Assembly (NCBI GenBank): GCA_902597015.1
Contig: CACJWQ010000001.1
Coordinates: 4,520 to 68,519, forward strand
DNA: 64,000 nt
Origin: an uncultured Alphaproteobacteria bacterium
GTDB taxonomy: Bacteria; Pseudomonadota; Alphaproteobacteria; HIMB59; GCA-002718135
Direction of reading: 5' to 3'
Positions 27,566-37,420 of the stretch are shown piece by piece. The notes under the pieces are model-generated. The model saw only the letters and a program-made list of their open reading frames with translations, had not been told where the DNA came from and searched no databases. The first letter of the stretch is position 1; every line of letters starts with the position of its first letter. The position numbers were made by a program, and so were the translations under genes.

Positions 27566-28414
27566 ATGACATTGTCAGTAAATTTTATTTTTATCTTAAT
27601 TCTTGTATCTGCTCTATGTCATGCAGTTTGGAGTGCAATAATAAAATCAAGCAAGAACCCTTTATCGTTAATGGGTATAACCTCTGTCTTGGAAGTTACT
27701 ATTTTTTTACCTTTAACATTTACTGTTCCATTTCCAACTTTAGAGGTTTGGTATTTTTTAATAGCAACCGTAATCATTCATGTCTTCTACAGACTAAATG
27801 TTATCTACTCATATAGGTACGGTGATCTCTCTTACATATATCCAATTTCTAGAGGAAGTTCATGTTTGTTTGTAGCGATCATCAGTATTTTATTTTTAAG
27901 TTCTGATATTAGTGTTGCTGGTTTTGTTGGAATATTAATTGTTTGTATTGGTTTATTTTTAATTTCTTATTCTAAAAATTTATCTTTTAACTTCAGAGGT
28001 TTTGCTCTCGCAATATCAACGGCTATTCTAATTACTGCTTACACTTTAGTTGACGGGGTCGGGGTTAGACTTTCTGAAAATGGTTTTTCCTATATTTACT
28101 GGCTCTTCACACTTAATGGAATACCTTTACTAATTATTGGTTTGATCTCGAAAGATGGTTTACGAAAAAGAGAAACATACACATTTAGATCAGGCATTGC
28201 TGCTGGTGTATTTGCAACAAGTAGTTACGCAATTGTTGTTTGGAGTATGCAATTTATAGAAATAGCTTATGTCTCTAGTATTAGAGAAATAAGCATTGTG
28301 TTTGCTGCAATTATTGGAATGCTTTTCTTATTTGAGGAGAATGCAAAATCTCGAATAATACCTTCTATTTTAATAGTGAGTGGTATTTCGGTTGTTTATT
28401 TTCAAATTCTATAA
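27566..28414 (+). CDS. EamA/DMT-family membrane transporter
   Basis: 282 aa, ~10 TM segments, with a two-EamA-repeat architecture. Confidence 0.65.
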   Translation: MTLSVNFIFILILVSALCHAVWSAIIKSSKNPLSLMGITSVLEVTIFLPLTFTVPFPTLEVWYFLIATVIIHVFYRLNVIYSYRYGDLSYIYPISRGSSCLFVAIISILFLSSDISVAGFVGILIVCIGLFLISYSKNLSFNFRGFALAISTAILITAYTLVDGVGVRLSENGFSYIYWLFTLNGIPLLIIGLISKDGLRKRETYTFRSGIAAGVFATSSYAIVVWSMQFIEIAYVSSIREISIVFAAIIGMLFLFEENAKSRIIPSILIVSGISVVYFQIL

Positions 28415-28449
28415 GGAAAAAATATAGACTTTTTACACGAAAATTTTAT

Positions 28450-28620
28450 ATGACTTTTATGACTGAGGATATTGTGGAAGTAAATCCAAAAACCGAAACT
28501 ATCTCTTGCGATGGTGGTGAAGATGGTTTAGGACATCCCGCAGTTTATTATACCTTCAATAATGAGAACAAAATTGTATGTGGTTATTGTGGTAAAATAT
28601 TTATTAAAAAAGAAGAGTAG
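28450..28620 (+). CDS. Small zinc-finger protein, zf-CHCC (NDUFS6-like) type; not in the ORF track (56 aa)
   Basis: My translation is MTFMTEDIVEVNPKTETISCDGGEDGLGHPAVYYTFNNENKIVCGYCGKIFIKKEE. The C-x(n)-H ... C-x2-C pattern (CDGG..GHP...CGYCG) matches this family. Confidence 0.65.
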   Translation: MTFMTEDIVEVNPKTETISCDGGEDGLGHPAVYYTFNNENKIVCGYCGKIFIKKEE

Positions 28621-28622
28621 AA

Positions 28623-28976
28623 ATGTATAAAGAATCTTGGGGTTTAAAAAGAATATGTCCAATGTGTAGTAAGCAATACTACGACTTAGGAAGAACGGAA
28701 CTGGAATGTCCTGAGTGTGGTAAAGAAATTGAAGTTACTACCATGACTAGACCAAGACGTGGAAGAAAACCTGGAAGTACTAATGCTGCTCCTTTAACTA
28801 ATCCTATCCCTCCAAAACCAAAAGAAAAAGATGATGATCTTGATATCGATAATTTGGATTTGGATAACAACGAAGACAATCTTGAGGATGATACTGTTTT
28901 ATTAGAAGATGAAACAGAAATTGATCCAATAGCCGAAGGTATTAAACCTAAAGAAGACGGCGAAGAAGAATACTAA
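28623..28976 (+). CDS. TIGR02300 (FYDLN_acid) family Zn-ribbon protein with acidic tail
   Basis: N-terminal CPMCSKQYYDLGRTELECPECG and a D/E-rich C-terminus. Confidence 0.75.
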   Translation: MYKESWGLKRICPMCSKQYYDLGRTELECPECGKEIEVTTMTRPRRGRKPGSTNAAPLTNPIPPKPKEKDDDLDIDNLDLDNNEDNLEDDTVLLEDETEIDPIAEGIKPKEDGEEEY

Positions 28977-28998
28977 AATTTCAATAAAAATTTAGAAG

Positions 28999-30237
28999 AT
29001 GTTTAAGGTACTACAAAACACTTGGGCCCTTTTTTTTGGCTTTGCTTTAATTAGTCTTGGTCACGGTTTGCAAGGAACACTTATCGGTGTTCGTTCTGTT
29101 TTAGAAGGTTTTAGTTTTTTTGCATCAGGACTTATTATAGCTGGTTATTACGTTGGATACTTAACTGGCGCATTAACAATTCCAATTTTTTTACAACGTG
29201 TTGGTCACATAAGAGTTTTTGCCGCTTTAGCATCGCTTGCTTCTATCGCTATATTATTACACTCAGTATTTGTTCATCCTTATTCATGGATGTTTATACG
29301 AATATTAACTGGTTTAAGTCTTGCTGGAATTTATGTAATCATGGAGAGTTGGTTGAATGAAAAATCAACTAATCAAACTCGCGGTCAATTACTTTCCGTT
29401 TACATGATTATTACTTTTGTATTTGTTGGGGCAGGACAATTTTTATTAAATTTAGGTGATCCAGCTAAAGTTGATTTATTTATTTTAGTATCAATCTTAT
29501 TATCATTCGCACTTCTTCCTATTCTTTTATCTTCAACAGAACAACCTAATACAGAAAGTCCTAAATTTTTTTCTTTAAGAGAATTTTATACTGTTTCACC
29601 TTTAGGTTTTGTTGGCGCGTTAGCAACTGGTTTATCGCATAGTGCAGTTTTTGGGTACGGTGCTATTTATGCATCATCTATTAATTTAAGCTTATTTGAA
29701 ATTTCTCTGTATATGATGATTATAACGTCAGCTGGCGCCCTATCTCAATGGCCTATTGGATATTTGTCAGATAGAATTGATAGACGTGTTATTCTTATTG
29801 GTGTTTCTTTTATGGCTTCAGGTTTGAGTTTATTTTTTGTTTTTGCAAACTTTATGCCGCTAACATTATTCTTAATTTTTACTGGTCTTTTTTCAGTTGC
29901 ATGTTTACCAATGTATTCACTTACGGTTGCTCATACAAATGACTTTTTACAACCTAATGAGATAGTATCAGCAAGTGCAACCTTTGGTATACTTATTGGT
30001 ATTGGATCAATTATTGGACCTTTGTTTGTTTCTGGATTCATGGAAATTTTGGGAGCGGTAGGTTTTTACATCTATTTATTTTTAATACACGGACTGCTAG
30101 GACTGTTTGGTTTGTATAGAATGACACAAAGAACTAAACCACGTGATCTTGAATCGCAATACAATCCTTTACCACGAAATATTAGTCCTGCCGGTATGGA
30201 AATGAACCCTGTTACTGAGCCAACTGAGGACGAGTAA
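28999..30237 (+). CDS. MFS transporter
   Basis: 412 aa, 12 predicted TM segments, with loop motif SDRIDRRV. Confidence 0.75.
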   Translation: MFKVLQNTWALFFGFALISLGHGLQGTLIGVRSVLEGFSFFASGLIIAGYYVGYLTGALTIPIFLQRVGHIRVFAALASLASIAILLHSVFVHPYSWMFIRILTGLSLAGIYVIMESWLNEKSTNQTRGQLLSVYMIITFVFVGAGQFLLNLGDPAKVDLFILVSILLSFALLPILLSSTEQPNTESPKFFSLREFYTVSPLGFVGALATGLSHSAVFGYGAIYASSINLSLFEISLYMMIITSAGALSQWPIGYLSDRIDRRVILIGVSFMASGLSLFFVFANFMPLTLFLIFTGLFSVACLPMYSLTVAHTNDFLQPNEIVSASATFGILIGIGSIIGPLFVSGFMEILGAVGFYIYLFLIHGLLGLFGLYRMTQRTKPRDLESQYNPLPRNISPAGMEMNPVTEPTEDE

Positions 30238-30817
30238 GTCTTTTAAATATTCTGTGAAGTAACAAGAGGATAATTATTCCCATATAAATGACTGGTTCAG
30301 TTTTATCAGCGCGAACTAGAACATAAAAATGCATACTAGCCAGAATGGCTACTGGGTAAATTAAATAATGAATTTTCTTCCATAATTTAAAACCTAATCG
30401 TTTAATCATATTGTTTGTTGAAGTGCTAGCGAGCGGGATTAAAAAAAGAAAACTTATAAATCCAAAAGTTATAAATGGTCTTTTTATAATATCTTGTATG
30501 ATAAATTGCATATCTAAAAAATGATCTAAAACTATGTAAGTGGAGAAATGTAAACAGACATAATAAAAAGCAAAAAGTCCAATCATTCTTCGTAATACAA
30601 CAATCGATTTTAAAGGTTTAATATTTGATAGAGTAGTAATCATAAGAGTTATTATTATTAATCTAAGTGCCATTAGACCTAACTCATCCATTAGTTTTTC
30701 AATTGGATTTACTCCAAGATTACCAGTAACAAATTGGTACGCCCAGAGAAGACTTGGGAAAAGAATTAAAATAAATAAGACAGGTTTACTGCGATTAAAA
30801 TTTCTTGTTGAAAACAT
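30212..30817 (-). CDS. msrQ: Protein-methionine-sulfoxide reductase heme-binding subunit MsrQ (YedZ)
   Basis: Ferric-reductase-like 6-TM protein with N-terminal GNLGVNPIEKLMDELG. It lies immediately downstream of msrP. Confidence 0.8.
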   Translation of the reverse strand: MFSTRNFNRSKPVLFILILFPSLLWAYQFVTGNLGVNPIEKLMDELGLMALRLIIITLMITTLSNIKPLKSIVVLRRMIGLFAFYYVCLHFSTYIVLDHFLDMQFIIQDIIKRPFITFGFISFLFLIPLASTSTNNMIKRLGFKLWKKIHYLIYPVAILASMHFYVLVRADKTEPVIYMGIIILLLLHRIFKRLTRPQLAQ

Positions 30818-30820
30818 TCA

Positions 30821-31738
30821 TTAATAAAATTTAGTCAAATCTAAATCTTTATAGAGATGTGCTACTTCTTTTTCATAGCCATTAAACATAAGTGTTTCTC
30901 TTCTTTTAAACTCTCCAATTCGTCTCTCTGTTCCTTGACTCCATCTTGGATGATTAACATTAGGATTAACATTGGCATAAAAACCATATTCCCAAGGAGC
31001 TAAAGTTTCCCAGGATGTTTCAGGTTGAGTATCTAAAAATCTAATTTCCACAATTGATTTAATTGATTTGAAACCATACTTCCATGGTACAACTAATCTT
31101 ATGGGTGCACCATTTTGATTAGGCATTTCGTGGCCATACAATCCAGTTGCTAATATTGTTAGAGGATTCATTGCTTCATCCATTCGAAGTCCTTCTCTAT
31201 ATGGCCAAATAATTGTTCTCTTTTGCTGACCTGGCATTTCTTCCGGTCTGAACACAGTTACAAATTGAACATACTTTGCTGAACTTAAAGGTTCGGCCAT
31301 TTTTATAAGTTCAGATAACTGAAAACCTTGCCAAGGAATAACCATGGACCATGCTTCAACACATCTCAATCGATAAACCCTATCTTCTATTGTTACGTTT
31401 GATAAAATTTTTTCTAAGTCAAATGTTTGAGGTTTTTTCACGAGACCATCTATTTTTATTGTCCATGGTCTAGGTTTAAAATTTCCAGAGTTTAAATGCG
31501 GATGTTTTTTATGAGTCCCAAATTCATAAAAATTATTATACGTTGTGATTTCTTCGTAAGAATTGAGTTTATCGTTCTCATTTAAATATTTATTATAAAT
31601 TGAAGAATTATTATCATGATTAGCAAAAGCTGATGATGATACTGTCGCCAACAAAGCACTTGCTAATGAGCCCTTAATAAACTTGCGTCTATTTAAATAG
31701 GTTTTATATGGTGTAATCTCAGAGCTTAAAATCTTCAT
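30821..31738 (-). CDS. msrP: Protein-methionine-sulfoxide reductase catalytic (molybdopterin) subunit MsrP (YedY)
   Basis: Tat signal RRKFIKGS. The sulfite-oxidase-family core [16 protein letters not shown] is present. Confidence 0.85.
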   Translation of the reverse strand: MKILSSEITPYKTYLNRRKFIKGSLASALLATVSSSAFANHDNNSSIYNKYLNENDKLNSYEEITTYNNFYEFGTHKKHPHLNSGNFKPRPWTIKIDGLVKKPQTFDLEKILSNVTIEDRVYRLRCVEAWSMVIPWQGFQLSELIKMAEPLSSAKYVQFVTVFRPEEMPGQQKRTIIWPYREGLRMDEAMNPLTILATGLYGHEMPNQNGAPIRLVVPWKYGFKSIKSIVEIRFLDTQPETSWETLAPWEYGFYANVNPNVNHPRWSQGTERRIGEFKRRETLMFNGYEKEVAHLYKDLDLTKFY

Positions 31739-31824
31739 ATTTTAGATATATATTAATAAATCTAAAATTGTAGTAATGTTAAGAACATCTTTATCAAATC
31801 CATTTAAATTGTTAGTGTAAATCT

Positions 31825-33615
31825 ATGAAAAATCTTTCGATCTTACTACTTAGTGCTTTCTTATTTTTATTACCTTTAAAGTTTGCATCTGCAGAAAAAG
31901 TTCATGGAATTGCAATGCATGGTACACCAAAATATAGCAATAATTTTACACACTTAGATTATGTTAATCCAAATGCACCTAAAGGCGGAACAGTAAAATT
32001 TGGATCATATGGATCTTTTGATAATCTAAATAGGGTAGCTTTTAAAGGTTCTAAAGCCGCTGGTCTTGGGTATGTTAATGATACGTTAATGAGAAGAGTA
32101 TGGGATGAAGCATTCTCTCTCTATGGTTTAATAGCTGAAAAAGTAGAATTGCCAGAAGATAGATCGTCTATTACTTTTTATTTAAATTCAAATGCAACCT
32201 TTCATGATGGATCACCAATAACACGCGATGATGTATTGTTTAGTTTAGAAACGTTTCAAACAAAAGGTACTCCAAATCAGAAAAAAACATATGGCAAAGT
32301 TATTAAAACTGAATTGATTGGAAATGATGGAATAAAAATGATTTTTGAAAATAATGAAGATAAAGAATTACCTCTTATTATTGCAGGTTTTCTTCCTATC
32401 ATTCCAAAAAAGTTTTATGAAGATCTTGATGTTACAAAAACATTTTTAGATATCCCTCTTGGCAGTGGTCCGTACCAAGTTGATAGTCTCGATCCAGGAC
32501 GTCAAATAAAATACAAACGCGTAGAAGATTACTGGGCAAAAGATTTGCCTGTAAATAAAGGTCTCTATAATTTTGATACAATTATTTATGATTATTACAA
32601 AGACTCAAATGTATTAGTTGAAGCTTTTAAGGTTGGTGAATACGACTTTAGAAGGGAGTACAACGTTAAACGTTGGTTATCAGAGTATGATTTCAAAGCT
32701 GTCCAGAATGGTGAGGTAATACTGACAGAAATGAATAACGATAGACCTGTTGGAATGAATGGTCTTGTGATGAATACAAGACGTGACATTTTTAATAATA
32801 GAAATGTAAGACTTGCTTTAAGTTATGCCTATGATCATGAATGGATTAATAAAACAATATATCAAAATGCATATGTGAGAACAGATAGTTATTTTGACAA
32901 TTCTCCATTAGCTTCTTCAGGCTTACCGTCAAAAAATGAGTTAGAATTATTGAATGTATGGAAAGATGAAATTCCAGCAGAGGTATTTACGGAATCATTT
33001 ACCCCACCTATTACAGATGGCAGTGGTAATGACCGTAAAAATTTATTGAAAGCAAAAGAAATACTCGAAAAAGAGGGATGGTTTGTTGAAGATGGAAAAC
33101 TGGTAAAAGATGGAAAAGAATTCAAGTTTGAGTTCTTGATTGTCAGTCCATCTGATGAGAAAATTGCCTTAGCCTATCAAAGTAATTTAAAAAAACTTGG
33201 CATTACAATGGATGTAAGAACTGTTGATTCATCACAGTATCAAGAACGTTTGTTAAGTTATGATTTTGATATGATTAAAAGATATTGGGGAGTCAGTCTA
33301 AGTCCAGGAAATGAGCAACAATTTTATTGGGGATCAGAAGTTGGTCAAAAAGATGGAAGCAGAAATTATCCTGGTATCAATAGTCCAGCAGTTGATGCAT
33401 TAATTGAAAAATTAATTAGTGCAACAAATAGAGAAGAATTAACAACAGCGATCCACGCACTTGATAGAGTATTGTTATGGGGTCACTATGTAGTTCCTCT
33501 TTATCATAGCAACAAAGACAGAATTGCTTATTGGGATTTTTTTGAATACCCAGACGAAATTCCACTTTACGGAATTGTAATTGAGTCTTGGTGGATTAAT
33601 AAAGATAAACAATAA
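31825..33615 (+). CDS. Family-5 ABC substrate-binding protein (YejA/oligopeptide-like), orphan
   Basis: Signal peptide present; 596 aa. The N-terminal HGIAMHGTPKY...NPNAPKGGT is typical of YejA-like SBPs. No cognate permease genes are adjacent. Confidence 0.75.
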   Translation: MKNLSILLLSAFLFLLPLKFASAEKVHGIAMHGTPKYSNNFTHLDYVNPNAPKGGTVKFGSYGSFDNLNRVAFKGSKAAGLGYVNDTLMRRVWDEAFSLYGLIAEKVELPEDRSSITFYLNSNATFHDGSPITRDDVLFSLETFQTKGTPNQKKTYGKVIKTELIGNDGIKMIFENNEDKELPLIIAGFLPIIPKKFYEDLDVTKTFLDIPLGSGPYQVDSLDPGRQIKYKRVEDYWAKDLPVNKGLYNFDTIIYDYYKDSNVLVEAFKVGEYDFRREYNVKRWLSEYDFKAVQNGEVILTEMNNDRPVGMNGLVMNTRRDIFNNRNVRLALSYAYDHEWINKTIYQNAYVRTDSYFDNSPLASSGLPSKNELELLNVWKDEIPAEVFTESFTPPITDGSGNDRKNLLKAKEILEKEGWFVEDGKLVKDGKEFKFEFLIVSPSDEKIALAYQSNLKKLGITMDVRTVDSSQYQERLLSYDFDMIKRYWGVSLSPGNEQQFYWGSEVGQKDGSRNYPGINSPAVDALIEKLISATNREELTTAIHALDRVLLWGHYVVPLYHSNKDRIAYWDFFEYPDEIPLYGIVIESWWINKDKQ

Positions 33616-33636
33616 AATAATAAATCAAATATTTTT

Positions 33637-34521
33637 ATGAGTCATACAAGAGCTAACATACTTATGTTAATTGCCTCACTTATATGGGGAACAGCTTTTG
33701 TAAGCCAAACTACTGGAATGGGAGCCATAGGTCCTTTTACTTTTAGCTTTGGAAGATTCTTTTTTGCTTTTTTAACAGTAATTCCATTTGCGATTTATCT
33801 AGAACAACAAAATATTTTTAAAATATTAAGTGATAGAAAAAAAGTTTATCTTTGTTTGGCTACAGGTTTTTTTCTTTTTGGTGGTATGGGGCTTCAACAA
33901 TACGCTTTACAAAAATCATTAATATCAAATGCTGCTTTTCTTAGCACTCTTTACGTTCCCTTTGTTGGAATAATTTCAAGATTCATAATTAAAAAGCAGG
34001 TACACTGGATTATCTGGATTGCCATTTTACTTTGTTTGTATGGATCATATCTTTTGTCCTCTAATCAATCAGTTGAAATTCAACAATCAGATTCACTCTT
34101 GTTTATTGCTGCTTTGTTTTTTGCCTTACATATTATTTGTATCGATATTTTTATGAAAGAACTTAACAGTCCTTTTTTATTTGGAAGCATTCAGTACTTT
34201 ATTGTTTTTATTTTATCTATGATCCTAGCTTTTATGTGGGAGGAACCAAAGCTCTCCAATATGCAAATTGAGTGGTTTGAAATTTTATACACGGGTATTT
34301 TTTCTGCTGGCATTGGATATACACTTCAAATTATTGCTCAACATAAAGCTAATCCTGCTCCTGCTGCTATTATTTTATCAATGGAGTCAGTCTTTGCAGC
34401 AATAGCGGGTTGGATACTTTTAAATCAAGTTTTAGACACACAAAAAATACTTGGATGCCTTGCAATATTTGTTGGAGTCATTATAGTACAATTAGTACCA
34501 ATAATTATTAAACAAAAATGA
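33637..34521 (+). CDS. EamA/DMT-family transporter
   Basis: 294 aa, 10 TM segments, duplicated EamA domains. Confidence 0.7.
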   Translation: MSHTRANILMLIASLIWGTAFVSQTTGMGAIGPFTFSFGRFFFAFLTVIPFAIYLEQQNIFKILSDRKKVYLCLATGFFLFGGMGLQQYALQKSLISNAAFLSTLYVPFVGIISRFIIKKQVHWIIWIAILLCLYGSYLLSSNQSVEIQQSDSLLFIAALFFALHIICIDIFMKELNSPFLFGSIQYFIVFILSMILAFMWEEPKLSNMQIEWFEILYTGIFSAGIGYTLQIIAQHKANPAPAAIILSMESVFAAIAGWILLNQVLDTQKILGCLAIFVGVIIVQLVPIIIKQK

Positions 34522-35492
34522 GTGATAAATTAGACGTAGTTGGAATTGGAAATGCTATGGTAGATGCCATAATTCCTTCCAATCAAAGTGAAATTGAAAA
34601 ACATGAAATTAATAGAGATTCTATGAACCTTATTGATGAAAATTTAAAAAATAATTTACATGAAAGTTATTCCATCAGAGAAATGGCTGGTGGAGGTTCC
34701 CTTGGTAACTCCATGTTTGGTATCACCTCTTTTGGCGGTAATGGAAGTTTTATTGGAAAAATTAAAAATGATGAAATTGGAGTATACCTTCAAAAAGATA
34801 TGATCAGGGAAGGACTAAAATTTCCATTGGGATTTACATCTCCTGATATTTCAACTGGATGTTGTACAATTTTTGTTGAAGAAGATGGAACAAGAACAAT
34901 GTGTACATTTCTTGGTGCTGGAACATTAATAGGACCTGAAGATATAAAAGAGGATGATATTAAAAATCATAAGATTGCATATTTGGAAGGCTACTTGTGG
35001 GACAATGAAAATGCAAAAAAGGCTATGAAAAAAATGGTGGATATTTGCAAAGCTGATAATCAAAAAATTGCATTTACTTTATCTGATCTTTTTTGTGTTG
35101 ATAGACATAGAGATTCTTTTAAAGAATTAATAACTGAGAATGTTGATATTCTTTTTGCTAACGAAGATGAAATCAAAGCAATGGCACAAACAGAAAGTTT
35201 TGAAGAAGGTCTAGAATATGCAAAATCATTAAATATAATTGCTGCGATTACTAAAGGAAGTAGTGGATCAGTTATTGTATCTGGTAATGACATCACTGAA
35301 GTTGCTGCAAAAAAAGTAGAAAAAGTTGTAGATACAACTGGAGCTGGAGATTTATTTGCAGCTGGTTTTTTATTTGGTTATTCTAAAGGTAAAGCAATGG
35401 ATGAATGTGGTAATTACGCATCAATTGCTGCCGCAGAAATTATTTCGCATTATGGTGCAAGACCATTAGTAAAATTATCTAGTTTAATTTAG
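34518..35492 (+). CDS. PfkB-family carbohydrate/nucleoside kinase (adenosine kinase-like)
   Basis: N-terminal VVGIGNAMVD and the PfkB signature DTTGAGDLFAAGFLFG are present. Confidence 0.75.
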   Translation: MSDKLDVVGIGNAMVDAIIPSNQSEIEKHEINRDSMNLIDENLKNNLHESYSIREMAGGGSLGNSMFGITSFGGNGSFIGKIKNDEIGVYLQKDMIREGLKFPLGFTSPDISTGCCTIFVEEDGTRTMCTFLGAGTLIGPEDIKEDDIKNHKIAYLEGYLWDNENAKKAMKKMVDICKADNQKIAFTLSDLFCVDRHRDSFKELITENVDILFANEDEIKAMAQTESFEEGLEYAKSLNIIAAITKGSSGSVIVSGNDITEVAAKKVEKVVDTTGAGDLFAAGFLFGYSKGKAMDECGNYASIAAAEIISHYGARPLVKLSSLI

Positions 35493-36459
35493 CTAATAAT
35501 TTATTTTTATTTTCATCATCACAAAAAGAATACTTAATTGCGTTATGAGTAAGGGAGGTTAGTTCTTTTTCATTTAAACCTAAATCTTCCATAACTTTGT
35601 ATTCACCATTTATCGTAGCATTAAAAAAAGGAGGGTCATCCGAATTGACTGTTACTTTTACTCCTTGATCAAATAATTTTTTCACAGGATGATCTACATA
35701 ATCTTTGTAAATTTTAGTTGCAATATTACTTGTTGGACAAGTTTCTAGAATAATATCTTTTTCAATTATTTCTTTGACTAAATCAGGATCCTCTATTGAT
35801 CGAACTCCGTGGCCTAATCTTGTTGGATGGAGAAGATTAATAGCATTCCTTATATTTATAGGTCCATCCCATTCACCTGCATGAACTGTAATTGGAAAAT
35901 TTTCTTTTTTTAACATATCAAATGTTTCAACAAATAAGTTTGGAGGAAAATGCAATTCATCCCCAGCCAAACCAAAACCAACTAAACAAGGATGGGGATT
36001 ATTTAAAACTTCCTCTGCAGTTCCTTGTACTGACTCTGGCCCTAAATGTCTGATCCCATTCATTATATAACGTGAAACAATTCCAAAATCCTCCTCAGCT
36101 TTTTTAGAAGCTTCATAAACTCCTTCAATAAAAGAATGATAGGTCATGCCTTTTTCTTTAGCATGAGTTGAGGAAATCATCGCTTCGACATAAAGAACAT
36201 TGTTAGCTGCGCAATCTTTTAAATATTCATACGTTAATTCAAAATAATCTTCTGGTGTATGTATAACAGAAGTAACAATGTCATATTTTTTTATAAAATC
36301 ATAAAAATCATCCCATTGGTATGCGTACTTTGAACCAAACATTTCTTCAGCTATTTCATAGTTGTTTCGTTTGGCAAATTTTTTACATAAAGTTGGCGTT
36401 ATAGTTGCCTCTAAATGAACATGGATTTCTGCTTTTTTGACTGAATTAAAAATATTCAT
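35479..36459 (-). CDS. add: Adenosine/adenine deaminase
   Basis: Motifs KAEIHVHLEA, VHAGE and NSDDPPFF are present. Confidence 0.8.
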   Translation of the reverse strand: MNIFNSVKKAEIHVHLEATITPTLCKKFAKRNNYEIAEEMFGSKYAYQWDDFYDFIKKYDIVTSVIHTPEDYFELTYEYLKDCAANNVLYVEAMISSTHAKEKGMTYHSFIEGVYEASKKAEEDFGIVSRYIMNGIRHLGPESVQGTAEEVLNNPHPCLVGFGLAGDELHFPPNLFVETFDMLKKENFPITVHAGEWDGPINIRNAINLLHPTRLGHGVRSIEDPDLVKEIIEKDIILETCPTSNIATKIYKDYVDHPVKKLFDQGVKVTVNSDDPPFFNATINGEYKVMEDLGLNEKELTSLTHNAIKYSFCDDENKNKLLAKLN

Positions 36460-36487
36460 ATAAAAAAAATACCTATATAATAATAAT

Positions 36488-37399
36488 ATGGAAGCAAGAA
36501 TAAACAGAAGAAGCTTTGTTTTTGGCGCTAGTTGCTCTTTATGTGGTTCTATGATTTTACCTTCTTGTACACAAGTACCATTAACAAATCGAAGTCAACT
36601 TAATTTATATGATAGCAACCTACCTATAATTTTAATGGGTGGTGGTGTAGCTGGTCTTCCAAAGATTTATCCTAATGAAAGAGCTCTTAATCAAGAAGTT
36701 GATAAAACATATTCAAGATTTTTATCAAAAGCTAAAGAAGATAAAATTCTTTTAGATAACACAGATGAATCTAAAAAAATTGAAGAAATCGGAAAGGAAA
36801 TTTATACCTCTCTAGATACATTTTATATTAATAAGCGTGAAAAAAATCCTGTAGAAAATTTTAATTGGCAATTTGCTCTAATTGAATCTGATACAAAAAA
36901 TGCTTGGTGTATGCCTGGTGGAAAAATTGCTTTCTACACTGGTATACTTCCTGTTTGTAAAAATGATGACGGGATTGCTGCAGTGATGGGCCATGAAATT
37001 GCGCATGCATTTGCTAGACACACTGTTGAAAAATTAACCCAAGCATCTATGATGCAAATGGCAACAATTGGAATATCGCGAAGTAAATACGCTGAACTTT
37101 TAAATAAATCTTTCAGAGTTGGTAACGTAGGTGGTAATGTATACAACTCAGTGGTTAAGTATGGAATTTTTCTTCCATTTAGTAGAAAAATGGAAAGTGA
37201 AGCTGATTATTTAGGTATGGGATTTATGAATCTTGCTGGATTTAATATTAAAGAGCCTGCTAAGCTATGGCAAAGAATGATGGCAGGTCAAGAAGGAAGA
37301 GTGCCTGAATTTATGGGATCACATCCAAGTCCTGATAATAGATCTAAAAAGTTTCTTGAATGGGAAAGTGAAATTATAGATAAATTTCCTCAAGTTTAA
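36488..37399 (+). CDS. M48-family Zn metallopeptidase, lipoprotein
   Basis: Lipobox-like LCGSMILPSC, HExxH motif GHEIAHAF, and a downstream glutamate (ESEADY). Confidence 0.8.
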   Translation: MEARINRRSFVFGASCSLCGSMILPSCTQVPLTNRSQLNLYDSNLPIILMGGGVAGLPKIYPNERALNQEVDKTYSRFLSKAKEDKILLDNTDESKKIEEIGKEIYTSLDTFYINKREKNPVENFNWQFALIESDTKNAWCMPGGKIAFYTGILPVCKNDDGIAAVMGHEIAHAFARHTVEKLTQASMMQMATIGISRSKYAELLNKSFRVGNVGGNVYNSVVKYGIFLPFSRKMESEADYLGMGFMNLAGFNIKEPAKLWQRMMAGQEGRVPEFMGSHPSPDNRSKKFLEWESEIIDKFPQV

Positions 37400-37420
37400 T
37401 TTTAGTGTAATAGGTATTTT

